64,000 bases of DNA, from contig OZ234493.1 of assembly GCA_965153455.1 (NCBI GenBank), positions 34,028,213 to 34,092,212 of the forward strand. Direction: 5' to 3'. Both the position numbers and the translations under genes were made by a program. The notes under the pieces were generated by a model, which saw only the letters and a list, made by a program, of their open reading frames with translations, had not been told where the DNA came from and did not search any database. Origin of the DNA: Sphagnum compactum (lineage: Eukaryota). Positions 27,050 through 37,500 of this stretch are shown here, one piece after another (position 1 is the stretch's first letter; each line of letters starts with the position of its first letter).

Positions 27050-30000
27050 TGGATTCAATTTGTTCTTTTCAAGGTCAAAAAATTTGTTGTCGTATCCAAA
27101 TTGTTCTTTTGCTTCCAATGTATGGGCCATGCACTTTGCTTCAGTGGAAAATAAATAAATTATTGTTTGTCTTTTGCTAGTCCAACTTCCAACTCCCAAG
27201 GATAAAATAAAAATGTATCCAAAGGTGGATTTTGTGGTGTCAATGTCATTAGCCCAATCTATGTTAGAATACCCATGACATATTATATTAGTTTTGAGTA
27301 AGGGATTGAGATGTGAATTTCTTTGTAAATGAGCCCATGAGTAATTGAAGTTCTTTTAAGGTAATGCATTATTCTTTTTATTGTAGACCAATGAGTAACT
27401 CTAAGGTTAGCCAAATATTGGGATACAACTCCCATAGAAATATCTTGCAATATCTTGTTGTGTACAAACCGTTGCATACATCAAACTCCATACTACGAAT
27501 TTATAAGGAATTTTAGCCATCTTTCGCCTTTGTTCATTTGAACTAAGAGATTGGTTTTTAGTTAATTTTAATCTAGTTTCATGTGAAGTGGAAATTGGTT
27601 TATAATTTTCCATGCCATATCTTTTTAATACATCATTTATGTATTTAAATCAATTTAGTTCCATCATATGTAGTTGATGATTCCTTTTAATTTGGAAACC
27701 AAGACAAGATTTATTTCCCCCATGTTAGTCATTTGAAATTCTACACAAAGTAAAGTTTTTGTTTGTGATAACAATTCTTTACAATCATTTGTGATTATAA
27801 TATAATCATTTATATATAGGGCTATGGCAACAAATAATGTTCCCACTTTTTTCACATAAATATTTGTGTTTGCCATATTTTTCTCAAAACCATTTTGAAG
27901 TAAATAGGTATGTATGTGGGCATACCAAGCTCACGAACTTTGTAATTTAAGTCCATACAAACTTTTATTTAGTTTACAAACAAGATTATCCTTCTTTGTT
28001 TGTATGAAACCTTCAGGTTGTCTCATATATATATATATATCTCTCTCTCTTACTCAAGTTCACCATTCAGAAAATTATTTTTATGTCTATTTGATGGACC
28101 TCATAATCATTTTCAGCTGTAAGGGTCATTAAAATTCTATTGGAACTTAATTTTACTACTAGTGAGAAAGTTTTAATATAGTCAATACTTCGAACTTGGG
28201 AGTAGCCTTTTGTCATGAAATGAACTTATATTTGTCAATTTGACCATTCAATTTAAGTTTAATACAAAAAACCCATCTACAACCAATAACATGTCTACTA
28301 GGAGGCAATTTTGTTAAACTCCAAGTTTTATTTCTAATTAATGATTTATACTTATCTTGGATAACACTATGCCATTGAGTAACATCATCTCGTCCCAAAG
28401 CCTCTTTTAAGGTTTCCAGTAGTGCTTGATGTATGTCAATTGTAGCTCATTATATATACTTATGAATAACTTATTGAATCTAGGAATTGTTGAGATGATT
28501 TTGATGTTCGAGATGACCATCAAACTAATAAATATAATATAATGATATAAAAGGCTAGTTTCATCCATGTCGTCAAATTGGTCATCTTCTTGATTTTGGG
28601 AAAAATATATATTTTAGAATCAATATGATGAGCAATTGTAAAAAGTAATTCTAGAGGAATAACCTCATTTTAAGTTTGTGAAAGTACTACAAGGTTTACT
28701 AGAGGATTGATGAAAGGCATATGGTTTGGTGGACTTACTAAAGGTTCTTGGTAAATTTTTATTAAATGTCAAATAGATTCATTTGGTTCTTTGTTGACTT
28801 TATGTGAATATCTAGAATTGTTAGTTGATTTGATTTGATTATTAATAGATAATTTCTTTGCTCTAATTATGTTATGTAATGGAGGGTTTTCATTAAATAT
28901 GACATCCTTACTAAGTATTATAGTTTTTGAAAAAATGTTATATAATCTATAAGCCTTAGCAATATCATTATACGCACTAAAATGCATTTTTGACTTTTAA
29001 AGTCCATTTTTTTAATACAAATCTTTGGGTATATGCACATATGCATCGCAACCAAAGATCCTTAAATGAGACAAGGAGGGTTTTATACTTGCTCATTCTT
29101 CTTCAAGGGTCACTATCCCATCCAACACATTACTCAATTTTAAATATAATTTGTTGTAGATATGGTTTCAACCCAAAAAGAGTTTGGAAGATTAACAAAA
29201 TTTATCATACATCGTGCATTTTCAACCAAGGTTAATTTTTTCCATTTAGCCACTCTGTTTTGTTCTAGAGTATAGGTTGTTGTCATTTGTTTTAATAATT
29301 CCATTTTCTTTACATAATTATTTAAATTGATTAAAAAATATTTTCCACCACTGTCACTTTGGATTATTTTAATTTTTCTTCCTATTAAAGGTTTTTATTT
29401 CAGCTTTGTATATTTAAAAATAATCAAAAACTTTAAATTGATATTTCATAACATAAGTATAAGTTTTTCTTGATTTATCAACAATAAAGGTTAAGAAATA
29501 CTTGAATCCTCAATGTGATTAGGTTTGCATGGGTCTGTAAACATCCAAATGCACTAGGTTTAGTAGAAAGTTAGCTCCTTGACCCCCCCCATTTTGAAAA
29601 TTTGCATCTTGTTTATTTATGGTATACATAACTTGGACAAAATGAAATTTAGGAGGGTGTTTAAAATATAAAATTTAAACATTATTGTTGATGCATTAGT
29701 TTCATCTTCTGCACTTGATTCTTATTGACAACATTGGTTGTCTAAAAACAAGTTTTAATTTGATCTCATATTTCTTGTGATGTTGTTAAGGATTTAGCAT
29801 GGACAAATTGATTATATTTCATGCATTAAAAGGAGATTAGCTCTTACTTTTGAACCTTTTATACCCCAAGCAACTTGATTTTTTTATGGGATCTGCAGGT
29901 CTTGTAGTAGAACCATTGACACGATCCCATTGCTCTTCTCGACGGAGAATCATCTCCATGCAAGGAGACCATGTTTGATAATTGCTACTGTTGGATCTAT

Positions 30001-30291
30001 CGAGAAAATGTTCTAACCCAATATAATTAGCCATATGATGAGTACTAGGAAACACTTGTCTCCTAATACTTACCAAGCTTTGATACCACGTTGAAATACT
30101 CATGAAAAGCAAAGATTCATTAAAACAGATCCTCCAACCATAGACGCTCAAAATACTCTTAGGAGTTTCACCCACCATGCGTTTTCAATAGTTCTTGGGA
30201 GTCATAGCTCTTGGGAGCAGTTATGTTCCTTCCTAACTAAGTCTCTAAACTAAGTGTCCTTTCAAACCTTATACTAACTTATTATTTAACA
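27050..30291 (-). mobile_element. Degenerate Ty1/Copia LTR retrotransposon (gag-INT-RT-RNaseH relics)
   Basis: PBS TGGTATCAAAGC (30077-30088, tRNA-iMet type). Gag-like NYQTWSPCMEMILRREEQWDRVNG; post-integrase AKAYRLYNIFSKTIILSKDVIFNE; RT fragments NKTWSLTKLPPSRHVIGCRWVF, ALYINDYII, IPYKFVVWSLMYATVCT; RNaseH WTSKRQT..FSTEAK. Many stops and frameshifts. The 5' LTR limit (about 30092-30291) is tentative and no 3' LTR was seen. Confidence 0.88.
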
Positions 30292-31428
30292 TCTGAACCT
30301 GACTTGCTCTACATCATGTACTACAAGTACAAACCTACCACTCGGTGAAGATGAACTCCCTGAGCATGTGTTTAAACATACCTCCTTTTTTCTTGATGAT
30401 GGCAAGAAGGCCCATGGATGTCAGCAGGGTCTTATTTTTCCTGGGAAGTTCAAGGACAAGGTAGCCATTGTGATAAAAGAGCTTCAAACTTAACTTGAAA
30501 AGTTTGATTGCCCTTCTTCTTGACAAAGGAGCTTTTCAAGGGTGAGAAGGGATGTCTTATAGCACATATGAATGAGCTTCTGTCATTTGCCTTACCACAT
30601 CAAGGTGATTCCATTCTTTTCACCATACTTGTTCTTGGATCCTTTCTGGGACGCCTACAACTTGTGGATGGAGGTCCAGGGTTTGATGATTTCTTCCACC
30701 TTTGGCAAAGGAGCATAGTAGGACTAGGGTTACTAGGAGTTGGAGCCAGCTAATGGTTGGCTAGCTAGGAAGGCCACTGCCGCATGGTACAATGTGTCAC
30801 ATGTGGTGAGGCTGCCGTTTTTTCTTCCTGTCCTGCATCAAGGGGCATTAGGTTCTTTGGTGTTTTACAAGGGATGTCTTCCACATGGAACTTGCCTCCT
30901 TGATCTCTCTATTTCCAGTACCTGTGCTTCTCTTGCCTTTTCAGTTGCCCTCATTTCAGCAGTCCCTTCACATGGGGTTCTTCATTGGCAACCAGAGCAG
31001 ACTTTTGTGACTTCCTGTTGGTTCCTGAGCAGATGTTTGCCTACTCCAGTCCACTCACATGGCTTCTGCATAAGCTTTGCTTAGCTACTCTGAGCGATGA
31101 AGTTGGGCAATTGGACTTGGTTGTAAGCCCATTCACTTTGGCAGGGCTCCTGGGGCTTCATTTCACAGCAATTACACTTCTGCCAGTAAGGATTTTGGAT
31201 ACTGGCCAGATTGTGACAGCGGTGTTGGGTATAGGTGTGCAGCACACATATCGACAGGCTTTAGCTTCTTGGTTACAGCAGTCTTGTTTCTTACCACAAG
31301 CAAGGACTTACATGAATGGTTTACTCCAGACCAGCACTTATTGATGACTGGTTCCAGCTAGATGAGGCTTCACAGCCCAGCCTTGGACTGGCTTGCTCTT
31401 TAGCCTTTTTTGCATCTTTTGACAAGAA

Positions 31429-33751
31429 TATCTTTCATGAGAATAGAGAAATCTCCGTTCTCACGATGAAGAAGAAACAGCAAGGCTAACTCTTCCTCAG
31501 GAAGCCACAGAAAGAACCAAACAAGGGAAGACAAGAAACAAAACAAAAAACACACACCGGTATGAACAAAAGTGCCAGTCTCACACCTGTTCAGGGACCA
31601 TCAACAGTAGTATGTATGATAGTGACTTAACTATCACAACTTCCCCACTGACTTCATCAGCTCCCTACAGTGGGTAAAGGCCGGTGACAAGCACCATCCT
31701 GCGAACTGAGTTTCTGCTGCAATTCAGGAAGCAACGGGAAGACTCAGCCATACTACTGGCTAGCAACAGACACCACAACAAAGACCAGACAAAGAAACAA
31801 AGAAAGACAGAAAGGGAAAAGGAAAAAGGGAAAAGACAGGGAAAGACAAAAAACAAGTGGGCTTACAGAAAGCTCCCCACTTACATGACCCGAAGCAAAA
31901 TCATTCTGAAAATGCCAAAAGCTGAAATTCCAAAGAGGAATTCTTCTTTAAGAACCAACCCTCTAGTTCTCTTTAGAAGAACTTTTAAAGGGTAGCCTTT
32001 TGCCTTCAGAAAGACAATAAGACTGACCATCTGGAAGACAAAAAACTTCTTACAACTACAAAGTCTCAAGAACCTGTAAAATTGACTATTGATAACCCCG
32101 AGCTTCGCAGTCATTGAGATATTGGAATGAACGTGTGGCATTCTAATCATTTCAATACCTGCATACTCTGGTTGAGAGCGTTTGTCAAAAATGTCACAGG
32201 ATAAACCTTGAGGACTCTGGCTCACAGTTAGATCCAAGAAATTACAAGAGAAGCCTTTAGATGTACAATTCAACTCGCAAGAGGTTTTTGGGTATATGCC
32301 GCTACCAAAAGAGTCTTGGTTAAGGTACATGAAGTTCTCAAAATCTGGAAAATCTGGAACAAAAAGATCATCCACAAACCTACGAACCAAGGACAAACTA
32401 TGAAGCACAAAAGGACATGTGTTACTCTTCAAGAGACGCTTAATGAAATCAAACTCATAGGTGAAGAGATAGAAATTAGCCAAATAGACCGCACAATTTG
32501 TACCCATGGGGATACCAATGCATTGTCTATAAACACCCTGGCCAAAACAAAGAAACAAATTGTTTAATAAGAAATCCAGCCAAGAGATCAAATCTGAAGC
32601 CTCTGCAACTTTGAAGCTATGAAGATTTTCAAACAAATTGATCTCTGCTTTATTTTTCAGCCACAAAAACCTAAAGTTCAAAGCTGTTTTTTGAACCAAC
32701 AAAAACTTAAAACGACGAAGCTTCAGCATCCGATTAAACACTTTATTTATCAGAACTCTCATACGAGCTTTTAGATCCACTAGGTCAATTTTAGTGTATA
32801 GAGTTGAGAAATCAAAAGACTGCAACAGAAGTGGGGAGACCTTATCAATTTCAGATCTCGAACGATTAAGATTATTTATTACCTCCACCATTCCTGTAGA
32901 GTCATTGAGAATCCAACTACTATCACAAGGAACATCTGCTTTTTTGAGTTTAGACACCCAAAGGTCATTGACCGTAGGAAACATAGCATTGAAGAAAGAA
33001 CACAGCCACTTAGAAACATCAGTCAGAGAACTAGAGCTGGCTGCACAGATAAATCTAGGTTTAATTGGATTTTTACGAAACTTCCAAACTGCACAAAGAA
33101 ACGGGAGACGAGGGCCACACTTAACACCTTTAAAATTATGAGCCTTATTAAAAGAGAGATGAAAATTCAGAATATCAGATTGGGCAAGATTGGAGACCAC
33201 ATATGCACCAACAGGAGAATTAAGCTCAGAGAAAACAGAAGAAACATAAAACTTTTTACAAACAAACACAAAGTTGTTACAACATTTATCCATGTAAGTA
33301 ATGACAAAGGACCGTTGGAGAATCTTTAGGTGATCCAGATCTCCTAAAGGAACAGACAAAGAAGAATGAGAAGAGGTTTGAACCACTAAGGAAGCACGAG
33401 TCCTCTTCTGTACAAAGAAAAGAACTTTGGCCTTCCACTCACTTAATATCCCTTGAACTCCTAGAAGCTCTTCTTGCTTGTTGACAAACTTCTTAAGACC
33501 TTTATCAATAGCTTCTTCAATAGACAACATAGACAAGAAGCCACTTCTGAACTTAGTGCCTCTAGAAAACAGTTCAATTAGGCTGGGCCTTGAAAGGATA
33601 TTAAGGTTAGCAGAAATAACATGACCATGATGTGAATCAACAAAACTAGGGAAACGAAAACAAGCATAACCAGAGTGAATAATTTTATTAACTTGAGAAG
33701 CACAAACAGATCTTCCCAACGCCCCATAGCTGAAAAACTCTTGACCAGAAG
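31429..33751 (-). mobile_element. Penelope-like retroelement (Naiad/Chlamys type), 5'-truncated, with a structured 3' UTR
   Basis: Flanked by a 12-bp near-perfect direct repeat, ttttgacaagaa (31417-31428) and ttttaacaagaa (33752-33763). Contains the RT ORF and a ~450-nt 3' UTR ending in the GGAGATTTCTCT motif, which is shared with the short copies. Confidence 0.8.
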
Positions 33752-33830
33752 TTTTAACAAGAAGCAGGGGAATTTCTTCCTGCTTGCATTTAGGTGGGGT
33801 CCTAGAGACCTTGGTGGCCAAAGAAGTCAT
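31881..33830 (-). CDS. Penelope-like reverse transcriptase ORF (649 aa, intronless, no endonuclease domain present)
   Basis: Linker motif YAC...FVDSHHGHVISANL...LFSRGTKFR; DKG-like motif DKCCNNFVFVCKKFY; LP.L.AVWKFRKNP.KPRFI (RT1/2); SFDFSTLYT (motif A); long A-B insert; YRQCIGIPMGTNCAVYLAN (B); RFVDDL (C); NFLDL (E); thumb GVINSQFYRFLRLCS...KGYP. Confidence 0.9.
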   Translation of the reverse strand: MTSLATKVSRTPPKCKQEEIPLLLVKTSGQEFFSYGALGRSVCASQVNKIIHSGYACFRFPSFVDSHHGHVISANLNILSRPSLIELFSRGTKFRSGFLSMLSIEEAIDKGLKKFVNKQEELLGVQGILSEWKAKVLFFVQKRTRASLVVQTSSHSSLSVPLGDLDHLKILQRSFVITYMDKCCNNFVFVCKKFYVSSVFSELNSPVGAYVVSNLAQSDILNFHLSFNKAHNFKGVKCGPRLPFLCAVWKFRKNPIKPRFICAASSSSLTDVSKWLCSFFNAMFPTVNDLWVSKLKKADVPCDSSWILNDSTGMVEVINNLNRSRSEIDKVSPLLLQSFDFSTLYTKIDLVDLKARMRVLINKVFNRMLKLRRFKFLLVQKTALNFRFLWLKNKAEINLFENLHSFKVAEASDLISWLDFLLNNLFLCFGQGVYRQCIGIPMGTNCAVYLANFYLFTYEFDFIKRLLKSNTCPFVLHSLSLVRRFVDDLFVPDFPDFENFMYLNQDSFGSGIYPKTSCELNCTSKGFSCNFLDLTVSQSPQGLSCDIFDKRSQPEYAGIEMIRMPHVHSNISMTAKLGVINSQFYRFLRLCSCKKFFVFQMVSLIVFLKAKGYPLKVLLKRTRGLVLKEEFLFGISAFGIFRMILLRVM

Positions 33831-34189
33831 CTGTGAGCCTCACATGGACTTCATCACATGATGTAAGCTGAAACTTAAATATGTACAATGGTAATGAACT
33901 ATGGCATTGTGCAACTAGGATTGAAGCAAAGGCTCAGTTTAGAACAAGCTTTATCATGCCTTAGAAGTTTCTTGATGATAAAGCTTTCTCTCAGGTAAGC
34001 ATTCAACATGGGCATAGCAGGCATATTTGCCAGCCAATTTGTGTTGGCATGTTCCCTCTTTGTCTCTATATCTTGAGACCTCAATCTCAGAGGTCCTCTA
34101 GGTAGATGACTGAGCATCCTACAAGAAGCAACCCTGCAGTCATGCAAGGCCTCCATAGTCCAAGGTAATATATTAGAATGAATAAAAGA

Positions 34190-34460
34190 TGTGAATGAAA
34201 TTGAAGAAAGTAATCAAAAAGTTGTGTCAGCTCTGGCCAACCCAAAACAAACATGAGAATGAGTATGGTCATAAAGCATCAGATAATTATCTTTTGCCAT
34301 AAATGGCAGTGGCCAGGTGCTCTTACACTCCCACCAACTTCATCATCTCCCAATAGTGGGTGTAGGTAAAAATTTGCCCAGAAATTAGGACAAACAATCA
34401 CACATTTCAAGAAATATGTGAGAAGACTTGGCATGATGTTGGCTAGCATTCAAGACACAC
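34190..34460 (-). mobile_element. Short decayed copy of the Penelope-like 3'-end repeat in or near the PheRS-beta 3' UTR
   Basis: Shares aatgagt...gtcataa, ggcagtg, cttcatca.ctcccaa.agtgggtgtag and gaagact...tgatgttggctagca.tcaaga with the 38886-39198 copy. Possible TSD atat(t/a)agaatgaa(t/a)a(a/g)aaga at 34170-34189 and 34461-34480. Confidence 0.7.
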
Positions 34461-34538
34461 ATATAAGAATGAAAAGAAGAAGATATTGGAACCCTGTAAC
34501 AATAAAAGTCTACACTGTAATACAAAACTTGCTCAATG

Positions 34539-37500
34539 CTATCCAGACAAAAAGGGTTCAATAATCATCTCCACCGCTGAGCATGGATCTGTGATGTCAA
34601 AACGCTGCATGACCTACATAAAGAGACACATGATGGATACCCATGAGTTGACAAGCTTATAACCAGCCAGGAGGCAATCAACTGCAACAAACTATTTGGA
34701 AACAGGAACAGAAAACTAGATAGAGGAAATATGCCAACACAACACAATGTATAAACTAATCACAATACAACAGGAGTTATAGGGTGATCAGTGTTTGACC
34801 TCAGGGTGAACAATGCCAAAGGTCCCAATGCGAGACCCCTTGAACATAATGTTGGCTTGCCGTCCTGTGAAAAATTCAGGTTCCTGCCCCATACATGGAA
34901 AACTGAGTTAAATGGAACAGTGGTTGGCACAATTGACAATGGCAAGTACTTTATAAGCATGATACTTCCTTGGATCCCTCATTGTCCTTTATCCTGGATG
35001 GAAAGTCAAACACCTCATGCAATAATTTTCAGCATATAGCTTGCCCTGGAAAGTCGTCATTTCAGTCTTGTTCTCAGATGTTCAGCAGAACAACATGCTA
35101 AAATAGTATGTAATGAGCATCGTACTTGAGATGGGGTTATGTAATATCCATTGTCACTGTAGCTTTGAGTATTTTCATCAAACTCAACAACTGGGACACC
35201 CACCATCTCCATTAATCTGTCCACAAGTCCATGGATAACCTGTTTGTAACCCAGCCAAACAACAGATAATGTGTTCACATATATTTCAATGTAGCAAAAT
35301 AGAAAAGGGATGGGGTGAGAGTGAAGTACAGGAACCCACAGCCAACAAGAGCATGGAAAGAAACTGAGGGATTACCTCAAAACCTGAGTTAAGATTGCAA
35401 TAGAGAGCAGCAAGATGCCGATGGTTGGCAGCACCTACATCCTCTTCTGTATCAAGTCTGACGATATCAGACACCTCAAACAGCTGCCATGACAGATAAC
35501 ACTTCAGTGATTTCATGTTAGAGCTAAACAGCCTTTAAGTGAAGTTACTATACAATTAAGTAACAGGAGTTTATTGCAAGCATGTCAGTGTACTGATGGA
35601 ACCTTAATTGGCCGAGGTGAATCTTTGTTGTGACCCATTGTTTTCAATATTCCTGGCAGCAGACTACTGCGGACAACCTGCAATCCTCCAGCGGAGCTTC
35701 CTTTAGCATACAACAAACAGATATACTGTATATAATAGATATATGACAAGCCAAAACCACACCAGTAATATCAAGCCTACACATACTGTTCAAAACTTCC
35801 ACCATGCACTCTCTCTTACCTCGAATTCTGATGTTCGTGGATTGCCAACAATTACTGCTGTCTTTCCATTGTCTTCACGGTTCACCATTGCAAAATTCTC
35901 ATGATGTGAACCCAGAATCCATGTAACCACCTCCGTGAAGCCTGCCATGGCAATCTGCACCAATACAAAGATAGCAACATGCTTAGCTGAAGTTTCCCAG
36001 CCGTAAAATAGATCAGTTTGAAGTCATTTGCAACCATATGAATAAGATTTGACCAACCTGAGGACACTAGATCACAAATGCATTAGGGGAATTCTGACAA
36101 GATCCCATAACAACTCTCATCCAATGCAAGCCTGAGCAACACAAGTTTACGGTGGTGATCAACTGGTTGGCTGAGAGGAGGAGAATAGAGTCTTCACATT
36201 ATTACAAGTTTACAATAAAAGGAAGGTTAAGATGGTGAATATACCTCAGCTCGGACCAAGTCACTGAAATGGTTCAAAGGTTGCGGTTTGCCTTGTGTGT
36301 ATGAAGTTGGCACTGTTCTTACAATGTTGTTGTACCCATACGCTATGGCAACATCCTGTGACATTGTTGAGAAAACCCAAATTCTACTCAGCATAAGAAA
36401 TTTCTAGACATGGAAACAGCTTCTTTTGCATCACAATGTGAGATTTTCTTTTGGGTGTTCAGAACACAGTGGAGTTAACAATGACTTACCTCTGCCACAT
36501 CACATGGATGCAATATGTCACTTCTTGTGGGTGGCACCAATACTTTTAGTTTTGCATCAGACTTGACTGTTGCAGATAGCTGCATCCTGTTCAGCAACTC
36601 TGCCATCTGTTCGCCTCACATCCCCTTAGAATGAAACTGAAACCTTTTTAAGACTTTGACTGACCACTTCCAAAGAATCTGGCAATGGGACTGTAAAGAA
36701 AGTAAAATATGTCAGTTCACCTGTCAAAGGACAAGCGAATCTCTGGAATACTCTCCACCAAGTGCTCATTATTAAATATCCTCAAAAGTATTGAGATGAC
36801 TCCATACTTAGAATTTAAATCAACCTGAATAGAATGTAGGGATGACCTGACAAAGGTTATAAAAATCTGCCCAACTGACAAGCAACAGCAACATGTATGA
36901 TAGTGACCAGCTACCATAACATTCCCATTGACTTATTAGCTCCTTGGATGAGATGGAGAGCAATGGAAACAAATGCATGGATGGACAATTGAATCCAGTA
37001 ATGAACCATAAGGGGGAGGATCCCTCTCCATCCAGAGAGGTTTAGGAAGAAAACAGCAGCAAGACCAGAAGGAAGGGATTGAACTTCAGGCTTGCAAACC
37101 TTACTTTTAGGGCTCAGAACATGAGGATTAGGACCTATTCTACATAAGTGTAGATTTATCACCTCTGATTTTGTGACTACTACTTGACTTACCTTCTAAG
37201 TTATAGACCTCTCAGAAAGAAATATCTCCTTCATTATTTAGTATCTGCACACTTATTTGAATTAACCTCAAAAGAATTGAGAGATGGCCTGATAATAAGG
37301 TTACAGATATTTTAGATCTGACAGAATAGCTGCAACCAATTGGCAAGCATGGAAAGAAAGAGGAAATCCAACACTAAAGAAAAAAGAAAACAGGACCAAA
37401 AATAAAACTGAGAAGCAGTTTGAATGTCACTGACAGTCATAGACATGTTTAGGCACCTTTAATGCAGCATGCATGGTATTGACCACCTACCATAGTATCT

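Noticed and set aside
31640-31765. Canonical type I/III hammerhead, or a SECIS element as in some Naiads
   Set aside because: No stem II-GAAA follows CTGATGA, so a canonical hammerhead is not supported. The RT ORF has no internal TGA, and no SECIS quartet/AA-loop arrangement was evident.
32316-33329. Plus-strand ORFs overlapping the RT
   Set aside because: Antisense shadows of the long RT ORF with no independent motifs.
33899-34156. Upstream 85-aa minus-strand ORF as a possible GIY-YIG endonuclease of the PLE
   Set aside because: No GIY/YIG-like motifs, and it lies outside the inferred 5' junction.
34190-34460. Upstream repeat copy interpreted as the 5' pseudo-LTR of the RT element
   Set aside because: It has its own apparent TSD, is much more decayed, resembles the short subfamily more than the long element's 3' UTR, and lies outside the 12-bp direct repeat bounding the element.
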